Shown in pieces: positions 19,599 through 30,198 of a DNA stretch of 64,000 nt (the first letter of the stretch is position 1; every line of letters starts with the position of its first letter). Both the position numbers and the translations under genes were made by a program. The DNA lies in the NCBI GenBank assembly GCA_041690595.1, contig JAWLHB010000028.1, positions 1 to 64,000 on the forward strand. The letters run 5' to 3'. The notes under the pieces are model-generated. The model ran no database searches and was not told where the DNA came from. It saw only the letters and a program-made list of their open reading frames with translations. Source of the stretch: Lentisphaeria bacterium. Lineage in GTDB: Bacteria; Verrucomicrobiota; Lentisphaeria; JABSQK01; JAWLHB01.

Positions 19599-21113
19599 TT
19601 AGGATCCTTTCAAGGAGAGAAGGAATTCCGCGTTGCTTCTGGTCTCTTTCAGTTTCTTCAAAAGCAGCTCCATCGCCTCGACAGGCGGCGCCTCGTTCAG
19701 GCTCTTCCGCAGCTGCCAGGTGCGTTCCATTTCCTCTGGATGCAGGAGCAATTCCTCCCGCCGGGTTCCTGAAATTGCCAGGTTGACCGCCGGAAACAAT
19801 CGCCGCTCCGACAGCTTACGTTGCAGATGCAATTCCATGTTGCCGGTGCCCTTGAATTCCTCGAAGATCACCTCGTCCATGCGGCTCTGCGTCTCCACCA
19901 GCGCCGTCGCCAGAATGGTCAGGCTGCCACCTTCTTCGATATTTCGCGCGGCGGCGAAGATTCGCCGCGGCTTGTGCAGCGCGTTGGCATCGACGCCGCC
20001 GTCCAGGACTCTTCCACTGGGCGGCTCCACCGTGTTGTAGGCACGCGCCAGACGCGTCAGGCTGTCGAGCAGCACCACGACGTCCTTGCCATGCTCGACC
20101 AGTCGCTTCGCCTTCTCGATCACCATCTCCGCCACCTGTACATGGCGCGCGGGGGGCTCGTCGAATGTCGAGCTGGTGACTTCCGCGGTCACCGACCGCT
20201 CGATTTCCGTCACATCCTCAGGACGTTCGTCGACCAGCAGGACGATGAGCACCACATCGGGATTGTTCGCGCTGATGCTGTTCGCGATCTTCTGCAGCAG
20301 CGTGGTGCGGCCGGTTCGCGGTTCGGCAATGATCAATCCGCGTTGGCCCTTTCCGATCGGCACAATCAGATCCAGGCAACGCATGGCATGCTCGTCCGGC
20401 TCGCGCTCAAGGATCAAGCGCTCGGTGGGAAAGAAGGGAGTCAGGTTCTCGAAGGGGATCTTCTCCCGCTTCAACTCCGGGGCTTCACCGTTGATCGCCT
20501 CGACCTTCAGCATCGCAAAGAAGCGCTCCTTCTCGCGCGGCGGCCGAATCTGCCCCGTGACCGTGTCCCCCTTGCGCAAGGAAAAGCGACGGATCTGCGA
20601 GGGACTCAGGTAGATATCTTCCGGGCAGGGCAGATAGCTGTACTTCGGGGACCGCAGGAAGCCAAAGCCGTCGTTAAGGATCTCCAGAACGCCTCCGCCA
20701 TACATCAGGCCACTCTTCGCCGCATTCGTCTTGAGGATCTCGTAGACAAGGCTCTGCTTGCCAAGCGCACCCACCGATTCCACGCCCAGATCGTTCGCCA
20801 TCTGGGTCAATTCCTGCATCGTCTTTTCTTGCAGCTCGATCAGGTTGATGCTTGGAGCCGGCGTATCTTTCGTCATACCGCCTCCATTCTCCTTGGGCGG
20901 ATAGCTGTTCGGCCGGATATCCGGGCGATTGCCGCCGCTTGGGCCGCGGCCAACGGGGCGCTTACCGCGACCGCCGCCGGGCCGGCCTCCCCCTTTGCGA
21001 CGATCGCCGGATCGATGCCGCACCTCACCGATCGGCTGCTCCCCATTCGGAGGGGTGGGTTCACCTGGATTCGCCTGCTCGTCAGGATTCTGTTTGGCGT
21101 CGCTGTTGTCCAT
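19599..21113 (-). CDS. rho: Transcription termination factor Rho with disordered N-terminal extension
   Basis: [73 protein letters not shown]. Confidence 0.96.
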   Translation of the reverse strand: MDNSDAKQNPDEQANPGEPTPPNGEQPIGEVRHRSGDRRKGGGRPGGGRGKRPVGRGPSGGNRPDIRPNSYPPKENGGGMTKDTPAPSINLIELQEKTMQELTQMANDLGVESVGALGKQSLVYEILKTNAAKSGLMYGGGVLEILNDGFGFLRSPKYSYLPCPEDIYLSPSQIRRFSLRKGDTVTGQIRPPREKERFFAMLKVEAINGEAPELKREKIPFENLTPFFPTERLILEREPDEHAMRCLDLIVPIGKGQRGLIIAEPRTGRTTLLQKIANSISANNPDVVLIVLLVDERPEDVTEIERSVTAEVTSSTFDEPPARHVQVAEMVIEKAKRLVEHGKDVVVLLDSLTRLARAYNTVEPPSGRVLDGGVDANALHKPRRIFAAARNIEEGGSLTILATALVETQSRMDEVIFEEFKGTGNMELHLQRKLSERRLFPAVNLAISGTRREELLLHPEEMERTWQLRKSLNEAPPVEAMELLLKKLKETRSNAEFLLSLKGS

Positions 21114-21565
21114 GCTCGTCTCTCGCTTGGTATCGTTTGGCGCCTCAAATGGCGGGTGCCATTTGAGGTCCGGTGCCTTCAGAAGAAGCACGTGTGTTGT
21201 GAAAAAGGTAGAAAATGTCTACCCCGGTGGCTCTCATGTGCGAAGTGCCGGTCAGGCAATCCGCCTCATGCGGTATGCCGATGCACCGAGCGCATTCCCC
21301 GTTGTAGTCCTGCCCATGGTCGTACGTAAACGTCGATCAATCAAGGATATCGGTTATCTGTGGAAGGGTTGGAATCGTCAGCCGGGTGCCTGTGAATGTG
21401 CAGCCGTCTCGGACTGGCGGTTAGCAACTGGGGCAGGGACCGATGATCGCCGCGCGCCAAGTTGCCGATTAGGAAAAAACCTACAGCCCTCCCGTCCCCA
21501 GGGCCGATGGTCACGTGTCACTCCAGAGATAATGAGAGGGAAGTCATCACTTCCAGTTGAAGATT

Positions 21566-21594
21566 AGTGTACATGATCCCCGGCGAGGTTGCAA
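21566..21594 (-). promoter_or_regulatory. Predicted rho promoter
   Basis: Minus strand TTGCAA, 17 bp spacer, TACACT. Confidence 0.6.
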
Positions 21595-21644
21595 ACTGTC
21601 GCCCCAATTTCGGGCTCGCCATGACAACCTCGCGCCACCGCGCC

Positions 21645-24600
21645 TCACAGGTTGAGTCGATGCCCCTTGCCATGGTATTCCTGAAGCGTCCTCACATCGA
21701 CACGCTCCATCACCTTCAAGGCTTCCAGCCCTGACACCGCTGCACGGAAACCGTCCAGCGTCGTTGTGATGGGTATGCCATGAATCACTGCATCCGAGCG
21801 CATCCGGATCTCGTCCACCTTCGGGCTCGCACCGCTCGAAGGCGTGTTCACGATCCAGCAGACATTCTGCTCCGCCAGCATATCGAGCACATTCGGCCGT
21901 CCTTTCGATATGCGGAAAACCGCTTCGCTGGCGATGCCGTTTTCCCGCAACACGGTACTCGTCCCCAACGTCGCATAGATGCGGTACCCGAGGTCCACGA
22001 GGCGCTTCGCCAGAGGCACCACCGCGTTCTTGTCCACATCCCGCACCGAAAGGAAGACATTCCCGCCGCTTGGCGTGTTGCTTCCCGCCGCCAGCTGGCT
22101 CTTCAGGTAAGCGATGCCGCGATTCATGTCGATGCCCATCACCTCTCCCGTTGAACGCATCTCCGGGCTCAGAATGATATCGGTTCCAGGAAATTTCGAA
22201 AAGGGAAAGACTGCTTCCTTCACGGCGTGGTGCTTCGGAATGATCTCCCGTGTGAAGCCCAGATCCACCAGCTTCTTGCCCGCCATCACCAGTGCTCCCA
22301 ACTTGGCCAGAGGCACGCCAATTGCCTTGCTGACAAAGGGGATGGTACGCGATGCCCGAGGATTCACCTCCAGCACGTAGACCACTTCGTCCTTGACCGC
22401 GAACTGGATGTTCATCAGCCCGATTACCTTCAATTCGCGCGCCAGTGCATGGGTGTTGTGGCGGATCTTGTCCTTCACGGCTGCGCTCAGGTTCGGGGCT
22501 GGGATGATGCAGGCACTGTCGCCGGAATGCACCCCTGCCAACTCCACGTGCTCCATGATCGCGCCAATCACCGACGTCTCGCCGTCGCTGACGCAGTCCA
22601 CATCCACTTCCACCGCATCTTCCAGGTAACGGTCAATCAGCACCGGACGTTCCTCTGATGCCTCCACCGCTTCCGTCATGTATTTGCGGAGATACTTCTC
22701 TTTGTAGACAATGACCATGGCGCGGCCACCCAGCACAAAGGAAGGCCGCAGCAGCAGCGGATAGCCGATTCGATCCGCGATGGTCACGGCTTCCTCGACA
22801 TTGGTCGCCACGTCATTATCGGGCTGCATCACACTGATCTTACGCGCCAGCTGCTGGAAGAACTTGCGATCTTCCGCCATCTCGATGTTGTCCGGCTTTG
22901 TCCCAATAACATTGACGCCGTGCCGTTCGAGATCTTTCGCCAGGTTCAGCGGAGTCTGGCCGCCTAGCTGCACGATGGCACCCCAGCACTGCTCGCGCTC
23001 GTAAACATTAAGCACGTCTTCCAGCGTCAACGGCTCGAAATACAGCCGATCGCTGGTATCATAGTCCGTGCTCACCGTCTCCGGATTGCTGTTGATCATG
23101 ATCGTCTCGAACCCGGCATTCTTGAGGGCGAAGGCTGCGTGTACGCAACAGTAATCGAATTCGATCCCCTGACCGATCCGGTTGGGACCGCCGCCGAGAA
23201 TCATGATCTTCTTCTTGTCGGTGGCTCGCTGCTCGTCGCGCTCGCCATAGGTTGAATAGAAGTAGGGCGTGTAGGCGACAAATTCGGCCGCGCAGGTATC
23301 TACCAGGCCATACACCGGCAGGAGGCCGATTGCCTTACGGACTTCGCGTACCCGTGTTTCCGTAGTCTTGAGCAGCCAGGCAATCTGCCGATCGGAATAG
23401 CCGAACTCCTTCGCCTGCCGGAACAAGTGCGCATCCTGCTGCAGTGCCTCGATGCTGCCAACACCGGCAATCTCGTCCTCGTAGTTTGCCAGCTCCTCCA
23501 GATGGCGCAGGAACCACCGATCAACCATGCACAGATCATACACCCGGTCGACACTGTATCCACGCCGGAAAGCCGCCCGAATGGCATACAGGCGCGTCGC
23601 CGTCGCCCGTGCCACCGCCTTGCACAGTTCGTCGTCCGAGAGTGCCTCAAAGAATGCATCTTTGGGCCCCGCTCCAAAGCCGCGGTGTCCCGTTTCCAGA
23701 CCACGTAGCGCCTTCTGCAGCGACTGCTTGAAGGTCCGGCCGATGGCCATCGTTTCACCCACGGACTTCATCTGCGTTCCCAGCGTGTCGTCCGCCGACT
23801 GGAATTTCTCGAAGGCAAAACGCGGGATCTTCGTCACGACGTAGTCGATAGTCGGCTCGAAACAGGCAGGCGTCTCCCGAGTGATGTCGTTGCGCAGCTC
23901 GTCAAGCGTATACCCCACCGCAAGCTTTGCGGCAATCTTTGCGATCGGAAAGCCGGTTGCCTTGGACGCGAGCGCGCTGGAACGGGAAACCCGCGGATTC
24001 ATCTCGATTATCACCATGCGGCCTGTCGCCGGATCCACGGCAAACTGCACGTTGGAGCCACCCGTCTCCACGCCAATCTCGCGCATGATCGCCAGCGCCG
24101 CATCCCGCATGATCTGGTATTCCCGATCCGTCAATGTCTGCGCCGGCGCCACCGTGATGCTGTCGCCGGTATGCACGCCCATCGGGTCGAGATTTTCGAT
24201 CGAGCAGATGATCACGCAATTGTCCTTGCAGTCGCGCATCACCTCCAGTTCGTATTCCTTCCACCCGATTACCGATTCTTCGATCAGCACTTCAGAAATC
24301 GGGCTGTAGCGCAGGCCGCGTTTCAGCGTCGCTTCAAATTGTTCCTGATCGTAGACGATCCCGCCGCCCGTTCCGCCCATCGTATACGCCGGACGCACGA
24401 TCAAAGGAAAACCGCCGAGTTCTTCCAGCACTGCCTTCCCTTCCAGCAAGCTGTGCACCGTCACGCTCTTGGGCACATCCAGACCGATGCTGACCATCGC
24501 CCGCTTGAACAGCTCCCGATCTTCCGCCTTCGCGATAGCATCCGCGCGCGCACCGATCATCTCCACGTTGAAGCGCTCCAGCAGACCGCTCCCATGCAGC

Positions 24601-24902
24601 GCCATCGCCAGGTTCAGCGCAGTCTGCCCGCCGAGTGTCGGCAGAATGGCATCTGGACGCTCGCGGCGAATGATCTCATGCAGTATCTCTACCGTCAACG
24701 GTTCTATATAGGTGCGGTCAGCAAACTCTGGATCCGTCATGATCGTTGCCGGATTGCTGTTCACAAGGATGACTTCGTAGCCTTCCTCTTTCAGCGCTTT
24801 ACACGCCTGAACTCCAGAATAGTCAAATTCACAGGCCTGGCCTATGATTATCGGGCCGGAGCCAATGAGCATGATGCGGTTTATGTCTTGCCGTTTGGGC
24901 AT
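21645..24902 (-). CDS. carB: Carbamoyl-phosphate synthase large subunit
   Basis: MPKRQDI...[17 protein letters not shown]; duplicated ATP-grasp halves; 1085 aa. Confidence 0.98.
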   Translation of the reverse strand: MPKRQDINRIMLIGSGPIIIGQACEFDYSGVQACKALKEEGYEVILVNSNPATIMTDPEFADRTYIEPLTVEILHEIIRRERPDAILPTLGGQTALNLAMALHGSGLLERFNVEMIGARADAIAKAEDRELFKRAMVSIGLDVPKSVTVHSLLEGKAVLEELGGFPLIVRPAYTMGGTGGGIVYDQEQFEATLKRGLRYSPISEVLIEESVIGWKEYELEVMRDCKDNCVIICSIENLDPMGVHTGDSITVAPAQTLTDREYQIMRDAALAIMREIGVETGGSNVQFAVDPATGRMVIIEMNPRVSRSSALASKATGFPIAKIAAKLAVGYTLDELRNDITRETPACFEPTIDYVVTKIPRFAFEKFQSADDTLGTQMKSVGETMAIGRTFKQSLQKALRGLETGHRGFGAGPKDAFFEALSDDELCKAVARATATRLYAIRAAFRRGYSVDRVYDLCMVDRWFLRHLEELANYEDEIAGVGSIEALQQDAHLFRQAKEFGYSDRQIAWLLKTTETRVREVRKAIGLLPVYGLVDTCAAEFVAYTPYFYSTYGERDEQRATDKKKIMILGGGPNRIGQGIEFDYCCVHAAFALKNAGFETIMINSNPETVSTDYDTSDRLYFEPLTLEDVLNVYEREQCWGAIVQLGGQTPLNLAKDLERHGVNVIGTKPDNIEMAEDRKFFQQLARKISVMQPDNDVATNVEEAVTIADRIGYPLLLRPSFVLGGRAMVIVYKEKYLRKYMTEAVEASEERPVLIDRYLEDAVEVDVDCVSDGETSVIGAIMEHVELAGVHSGDSACIIPAPNLSAAVKDKIRHNTHALARELKVIGLMNIQFAVKDEVVYVLEVNPRASRTIPFVSKAIGVPLAKLGALVMAGKKLVDLGFTREIIPKHHAVKEAVFPFSKFPGTDIILSPEMRSTGEVMGIDMNRGIAYLKSQLAAGSNTPSGGNVFLSVRDVDKNAVVPLAKRLVDLGYRIYATLGTSTVLRENGIASEAVFRISKGRPNVLDMLAEQNVCWIVNTPSSGASPKVDEIRMRSDAVIHGIPITTTLDGFRAAVSGLEALKVMERVDVRTLQEYHGKGHRLNL

Positions 24903-24935
24903 GGGCGTACTGCAACCTGGTTCGTTGGTGATGGC

Positions 24936-26378
24936 TTAAAGCGGGTTCTCGTTGGTATTATCGCGCTTGATACCAAGCTTGGGCCGCACAGGATATTTTC
25001 CCGAATAGCAGGCATGACAATAGTCTGCCGGACGCGTTTTGGCAACACATGAGAGCATTCCTTCCAGCGACAGGTAGGCCAGCGAGTCCACTTGGATCTG
25101 CTCCGCTATCTCTTCGACCGTGCTGCCGCTGGCTATCAGTTCACTCGTGCTCGCGAAGTCGATGCCGTAGTAACACGGGTTGACGATTGGCGGGCACGAG
25201 ATGCGCATGTGCACCTCCTTCGCCCCGCATTCGCGCAGGAGTCGCACCCGTTCACGGCTGGTATTGCCGCGCACGATGCTGTCATCCACAAGGCAAACGC
25301 GCTTCCCCTCCACCGCCTCCCGTATCGGATTCAGCTTCACTTTCACCGCCTTCCGGCGATCTTCCTCCGTCGGTCGAATGAAGGTGCGACCCACATAGTG
25401 ATTGCGCACCACTCCCATGTCGAAGGGTATTTTCGCCGCATCCGCATAGCCGATAGCGGCATAAACGCCGCCGTCCGGAAGCGGCATCACCACATCCGCG
25501 TTCGCCGGCGCTTCTTCCGCCAGCTTCGCCCCGAAGCGTTTCCGCACCGAATAGACCTGCTCTCCGAAAATGCTGCTGTCCGGACGCGCAAAATAAACCA
25601 GCTCGAAGACACAATGCGCCCGCCGACGCGCAAAATCGAAATACTGCGACTCCATGCTTCCGTCCGGCCGCACCAGGATGAACTCCCCCGGCTCCACGTC
25701 GCGGATATATTCCGCGCCAAGGATGTCGAAGGCCGTGGTCTCGGAAGCGAAAACGTAGGCATCGCCAAGCTTACCCATAGCCAGCGGCCGCCACCCATAC
25801 GGATCCCGTATTGCCGCCACTCCATCCTCGCACATGGCAAGAATCGAGTAAGCACCTTCCACATTCTTGAGGGCCTGCATCAGCGCCTCCCACGGCGGCT
25901 GTCCCACCTGATGCTGACGCGCCGCAAGATGGAGGACCAGCTCCGTATCCGTATTGCCCTGCAGGATCGCCCCCGTATCCTTCAACCGCTGACGGATGAT
26001 GCCGCCGTTGCTCAGATTGCCATTGTGCGCCAGGGCCAGGTTCCAGTCATCGAACTCCACGGCGAAAGGCTGCGCGTTCACCAGCGCCGAGGAACCTGAA
26101 GTGCTGTAGCGCACATGGCCGATCGCCGCCTGCTGCCTCCCCTCGCTCCACTCCCGCGGAAAATGCTTGAAGGCATCCGCGACCAGCCCCATCCGCTTGA
26201 ACAGCTCGCACTTCCCGTCCCGCAGAAGAAAAATGCCGGCGCTCTCCTGCCCACGATGCTGAAGCGCGTAAAGCCCCAATCTGGTCATTTCAGCGCAGTC
26301 AGGATGGCCGACAATGCCAAAGACTCCGCAATGATGTCGTGGTTTGTCGTCATCGAAACTCAAATCAATAGAAGGCAT
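24936..26378 (-). CDS. purF: Amidophosphoribosyltransferase
   Basis: Propeptide then CGVFG, LQHRGQESAG, GHVRYST, VDDSIVRGNT, YCHACYSG. Confidence 0.97.
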   Translation of the reverse strand: MPSIDLSFDDDKPRHHCGVFGIVGHPDCAEMTRLGLYALQHRGQESAGIFLLRDGKCELFKRMGLVADAFKHFPREWSEGRQQAAIGHVRYSTSGSSALVNAQPFAVEFDDWNLALAHNGNLSNGGIIRQRLKDTGAILQGNTDTELVLHLAARQHQVGQPPWEALMQALKNVEGAYSILAMCEDGVAAIRDPYGWRPLAMGKLGDAYVFASETTAFDILGAEYIRDVEPGEFILVRPDGSMESQYFDFARRRAHCVFELVYFARPDSSIFGEQVYSVRKRFGAKLAEEAPANADVVMPLPDGGVYAAIGYADAAKIPFDMGVVRNHYVGRTFIRPTEEDRRKAVKVKLNPIREAVEGKRVCLVDDSIVRGNTSRERVRLLRECGAKEVHMRISCPPIVNPCYYGIDFASTSELIASGSTVEEIAEQIQVDSLAYLSLEGMLSCVAKTRPADYCHACYSGKYPVRPKLGIKRDNTNENPL

Positions 26379-26474
26379 GCAGGTTTTCCAGATCGTTCGG
26401 GTAGCAGGATAAGACACTGTCCGGACAGGGCCCGGCTTTTTGATGACAACGATCGGCGGAGCCGCTGACCAGCT

Positions 26475-28124
26475 TCATGCTTTGGCCTCGACCGCTTCTC
26501 TGTCATCGCGACAACGCAAAGCCGCGCTGGTGAAGTCGCGGAAGAGCGGGTGTGCCTTGAGAGGGTAAGACTTGAACTCCGGGTGGAATTGGCAGGCCAC
26601 AAACCATGGATGGTCCGGTATCTCGACGATCTCCACCAGCTTTCCATCCGGCGAAAGCCCGGTCGCCACCATGCCGGCTTCGGCAAGTTGCTCGCGATAG
26701 TCATTGTTGAACTCATATCGATGGCGATGACGTTCGTCGATTCGCATCGTACCGTAGGCCGCAGCCGCTCGGCTGCCTTCTTGAAGGACGCAGGGATAGG
26801 AACCAAGGCGCATGGTCCCACCCTTGTCCACCACATTCTTCTGTTCGTCCATCAGGTGAATCACCGGATAGGCACAGTCTTCATTGAATTCGCTGCTGTT
26901 CGCACCCGCCAGCTGGCAGCCACAGCGGCCAAACTCGATGACCGAGCACTGCATCCCCAGGCAGATCCCAAAGAACGGAATCCCCTGCTCACGCACATAC
27001 TGGATCGCCTTGATCTTGCCTTCGATGCCACGCTCTCCAAAACCGCCGGGCACCAACACGCCGTCCACCCCGGCAAGGAGCTTCTCCGCCCCTTCCCGTT
27101 CCACGTCCTCCGCCTCCACGCAGCGCGTCTTGACGGTCACCCCGCTGTAAATGCCGCCATGCGTCAACGCCTCGAAGATGCTCTTGTACGCATCCCGAAG
27201 GCTCATGTACTTGCCAACCACCGCAATCTCCACCGTTCCCCGCGGCGGCTCGATCAACGTCTTCACCATCGCCTTCCAGTCGTTGATCCGCAACGTTCCC
27301 ACGTGCAGCTTCAGCAGCTCCAGCGTGTAGATATCCATGTCCTGCGCGGCCAAGTCCAGCGGAACCTCGTAAATCGAGTGCTTGACATCTACTTCCTCAA
27401 AGACCAGGTTGCGGCTGACATTGCAGAAAAGCGCCAGCTTCTCCCGGTGCTCCTGGAGCATCGGACGCTCGCAGCGGCAAACCAGAATATCGGGAAAGAT
27501 GCCGATCTCCCGCAGAATACCCACCGATTGCTGGCTCGGCTTCGTCTTCATCTCGCCAGCCGCACGGATGTAGGGCAGCAGCGTCAGGTGGATGAAGAGG
27601 CCATTGTCGCGACCGATCTCCTGACGGAATTGCCGAATCGCTTCGAGAAAAGGCAGCGACTCGATATCGCCCACCGTGCCGCCAATCTCCGTGATCACGA
27701 TATCCACATCGTCCGAATCCATCGAGCGAATCGCCGCCTTGATCTCATCGGTGATGTGCGGAATGACCTGCACCGTCTTACCCAGGTACCCGCCACGCCG
27801 CTCCCGCGCTATCACATTGCTATAGATGGAACCCGTGGTGTAGTTGCTCTCCCGGCGGCAGAAAATCCCGGAAAAACGCTCGTAGTGACCCAAGTCCAAG
27901 TCGGTTTCCGCGCCATCTTCCGTCACGTAGACCTCACCGTGCTGGAACGGCGACATCGTTCCTGGATCGACGTTGATGTACGGATCCAGCTTCTGCAGCC
28001 CCACTCGGTAGCCGCGGCGACTCAACAGCAGCGCCAGCGAGGCGGTTGTTATCCCCTTGCCCAGCGATGAAACCACACCGCCTGTCACAAATATATGCTT
28101 GGTGGACGTCTGTTTTCGATTCAT
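26475..28124 (-). CDS. pyrG: CTP synthase
   Basis: [45 protein letters not shown]. Confidence 0.98.
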   Translation of the reverse strand: MNRKQTSTKHIFVTGGVVSSLGKGITTASLALLLSRRGYRVGLQKLDPYINVDPGTMSPFQHGEVYVTEDGAETDLDLGHYERFSGIFCRRESNYTTGSIYSNVIARERRGGYLGKTVQVIPHITDEIKAAIRSMDSDDVDIVITEIGGTVGDIESLPFLEAIRQFRQEIGRDNGLFIHLTLLPYIRAAGEMKTKPSQQSVGILREIGIFPDILVCRCERPMLQEHREKLALFCNVSRNLVFEEVDVKHSIYEVPLDLAAQDMDIYTLELLKLHVGTLRINDWKAMVKTLIEPPRGTVEIAVVGKYMSLRDAYKSIFEALTHGGIYSGVTVKTRCVEAEDVEREGAEKLLAGVDGVLVPGGFGERGIEGKIKAIQYVREQGIPFFGICLGMQCSVIEFGRCGCQLAGANSSEFNEDCAYPVIHLMDEQKNVVDKGGTMRLGSYPCVLQEGSRAAAAYGTMRIDERHRHRYEFNNDYREQLAEAGMVATGLSPDGKLVEIVEIPDHPWFVACQFHPEFKSYPLKAHPLFRDFTSAALRCRDDREAVEAKA

Positions 28125-28337
28125 GGAGTGCTTACTGATACGGTTATCCCAAACAGGCAGTTCCCTGTCCCTTGGACGGTGAGCAATCTACGGTGGCGCG
28201 CACAGCCCATAACCTAATCACTCACCGCTCCTTTTAAATGGGAAACCGCAAGAAAAGCGCGATTTATCCCGCCCCGACTCAATTCCCCGGCTGAAATCGG
28301 CGAGCTGTGCGCACTCGCACGATTCCAGCCGTACCCG

Positions 28338-28706
28338 TCATTCCGCCGGTGTGGCGGGCTCCGTCGCCGACGCACCGCGCAGTTCATTCACCTTCGCCAT
28401 GATCTGGTCGCCAAACATCACATAGATCGCTCCCAGCAGCACCACCAGGATGATCAGCACCGCCACCTTCTTCATGAATCGGCCGAAAGCACCCTTCTTC
28501 TCGCGACCGAGAAATTCCTGGTAATGCTGATCACCGCTCTCGTACATGTCCGCCGCGGAATTGCAGCAGAATGCCTTCCCCTCACGGGTCACCATCGCAT
28601 CACGACCCAGCGGCTTCATGCACAGCGCGCATTTCGCCACCTGCTTTTCCGGTGGCGGTACCGGTGGATGCGTGCACACCTTGTCAAGCTTGTTTTCCTT
28701 GATCAT
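28338..28706 (-). CDS. Hypothetical membrane-anchored protein with a Cys-rich putative metal site
   Basis: CTH...CALC...FCC, then one TM helix (VAVLIILVVLLGAIYVMF); AGGGGG RBS. Confidence 0.75.
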   Translation of the reverse strand: MIKENKLDKVCTHPPVPPPEKQVAKCALCMKPLGRDAMVTREGKAFCCNSAADMYESGDQHYQEFLGREKKGAFGRFMKKVAVLIILVVLLGAIYVMFGDQIMAKVNELRGASATEPATPAE

Positions 28707-28764
28707 ACCGATCCCCCTTGGTCATCTCTTTTCTAATAATATCAGGTCGTACCCACTGGCGCGT

Positions 28765-28793
28765 AAAGTAGCGTGATAACGAGACGGCGTCAA
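28765..28793 (-). promoter_or_regulatory. Predicted sigma-70 promoter for the 122-aa gene
   Basis: Minus strand TTGACG, 17 bp spacer, TACTTT. Confidence 0.6.
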
Positions 28794-28826
28794 TATTCGC
28801 CCAAAACTCCCCCAACGCTGCATCCC

Positions 28827-29265
28827 ATCCTGGGCACGCCACTCGCCTGAGTGGCCTCTTGCGCCTCGCTCCACCCCCAAAACCTCGGTCGAAACCTCGG
28901 TCCAAACCTCGGCTTTCCTGGGCACGCCACTCGCCTGAGTGGCCTCTGGCGTCTCGCTCCACCCCCAAAACCTCGGTCGAAACCTCGGTCCAAACCTCGG
29001 CTTTCCCGTGCACGCCACTCGCCTGAGTGGCCTCTGGCGCGTCGCTCCACCCCCAAAAACCTCGGTCCAAACCTCGGTCCAAACCTCGGCTTTCCCGTGC
29101 ACGCCACTCGCCTGAGTGGCCTCTGGCACCTCGATCCACCCCCAAAACCTCGGTCCAAACCTTGGCCATCCTGGGCACGCCACTCGCCTGAGTGGCCTCT
29201 GGCGCGTCGCTCCACCCCAAAAACCTCGGTCGAAACCTCGGTCCCCTAGGGATGCCACTCGTCTG
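28827..29265. repeat. Tandem array of about 5.5 units of 75-89 bp, each with a GCCACTC-GCCT-GAGTGGC hairpin and nested 12-bp repeats
   Basis: gcacgccactcgcctgagtggcctct starts at 28834, 28922, 29010, 29099 and 29175; degenerate copy at 29254; 2-3 aaacctcggtc(g/c)-type copies between hairpins. Confidence 0.95.
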
Positions 29266-29312
29266 TTTTGCCCGTGCCTTCCCCATCAAAAATAACCCCA
29301 CGCTACATTCAT

Positions 29313-29364
29313 ATTATACCACAAAACACATCATCCACCATAACACAAATAACCCAAAAGTCAA
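29313..29364 (-). promoter_or_regulatory. AT-rich region with predicted promoter(s) pointing into the repeat array
   Basis: Minus-strand extended -10 TGGTATAAT (29321-29313); also TTGACT, 16 bp spacer, TATGGT (29364-29337). Confidence 0.55.
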
Positions 29365-29386
29365 GTAGGGATAGAAATTAAAGAGC

Positions 29387-29926
29387 TCACCGAATGAGCT
29401 TCAGCACCTCCCGAAACTTCGGATGCTCCGCCGTGCCCAGCAACTCCATCAGGATCATCTCCGTCGTCACCAGAAAAGCGCCGATGTCCCGCATCCGCTG
29501 CAGCGCAATCTCCCGATTGTACGGCTGCCGCGACGAAACCGCATCCGCCACCACCAGCACCTCGTAACCCTCATCCAGCAGATCCGAAGCAGTCTGGTAC
29601 ACGCACACATGCGACTCGATGCCCGCCAGGATGACGTGGCGGCGGTCCAACTCCGCCAGGTCCGGCAAGAACGCCTCCGCGCCGCCGCAACTGAATGCGC
29701 ACTTGGTGTAGACCTTCGCCCCCACCAGCGCCTCCGCAAACTCCGGCCGCGTCGACCCCAGCTTCTCCGGAATCTGCTCCGTCACCAGAACCGGCACCTC
29801 CATCAACCGCATCCCTCGCACCAGCCGCTCCAGATTCCCAAAGAGCCGTTCGCGCTCATCCATCAGCTCTGCCAGCCGCCCCTGTACATCGATGAAAATG
29901 AAGACTGCATCCTTCGAAGCGATCAT
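29387..29926 (-). CDS. Isochorismatase family cysteine hydrolase
   Basis: FIDVQGRL, VTEQIPEKLGST, K..FSC, GIESHVCVYQT, VADAVSSR. Confidence 0.92.
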   Translation of the reverse strand: MIASKDAVFIFIDVQGRLAELMDERERLFGNLERLVRGMRLMEVPVLVTEQIPEKLGSTRPEFAEALVGAKVYTKCAFSCGGAEAFLPDLAELDRRHVILAGIESHVCVYQTASDLLDEGYEVLVVADAVSSRQPYNREIALQRMRDIGAFLVTTEMILMELLGTAEHPKFREVLKLIR

Positions 29927-30198
29927 CCGAAACCTCCTCCTGTAGCTTTGTTCGGCAAGTAATACAATACTTTAGCTCGATATATGGAAAAAACTTTCAT
30001 GCCCCAAAATAGTTCCGTAAGTCCCTCATTATCAAGGACTTATAACCTTACGAAGCAGTCAACTTTTTCGCCGATTTTGCGGAATCGCCCAGAAATCGAC
30101 AAAAAATCTGAAACGTCGATGCCACTTCCATCATCTAAAGATAGTAACCAAGATCGAAATTTTCAGGACTCAAAGTCTTTTTTTGGAGGTAACCAGTT

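Noticed and set aside
19579..19600. Hairpin plus T run after rho as its terminator
   Set aside because: The T tract is on the plus strand, opposite to rho transcription, and the stem is only 6 bp
20929..21567. 212-aa plus-strand ORF in the rho upstream region
   Set aside because: Overlaps rho antisense, composition is not protein-like and there is no clear RBS
28827..29265. CRISPR array (palindromic repeats with AT-rich flank)
   Set aside because: The intervening sequences are near-identical to each other rather than unique spacers, and no cas gene is present in the window
28684..29301. Three overlapping minus-strand ORFs and one plus-strand ORF across the array
   Set aside because: Most unit lengths (88, 89, 76) are not multiples of 3 and the same peptide motifs rotate through all frames; the open frames reflect a lack of stop codons in the repeat
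28338..29321. Canonical type III toxin-antitoxin locus
   Set aside because: Units are longer than typical antitoxin repeats, no terminator lies between array and gene, and the gene encodes a TM protein with no ToxN/CptN/TenpN resemblance
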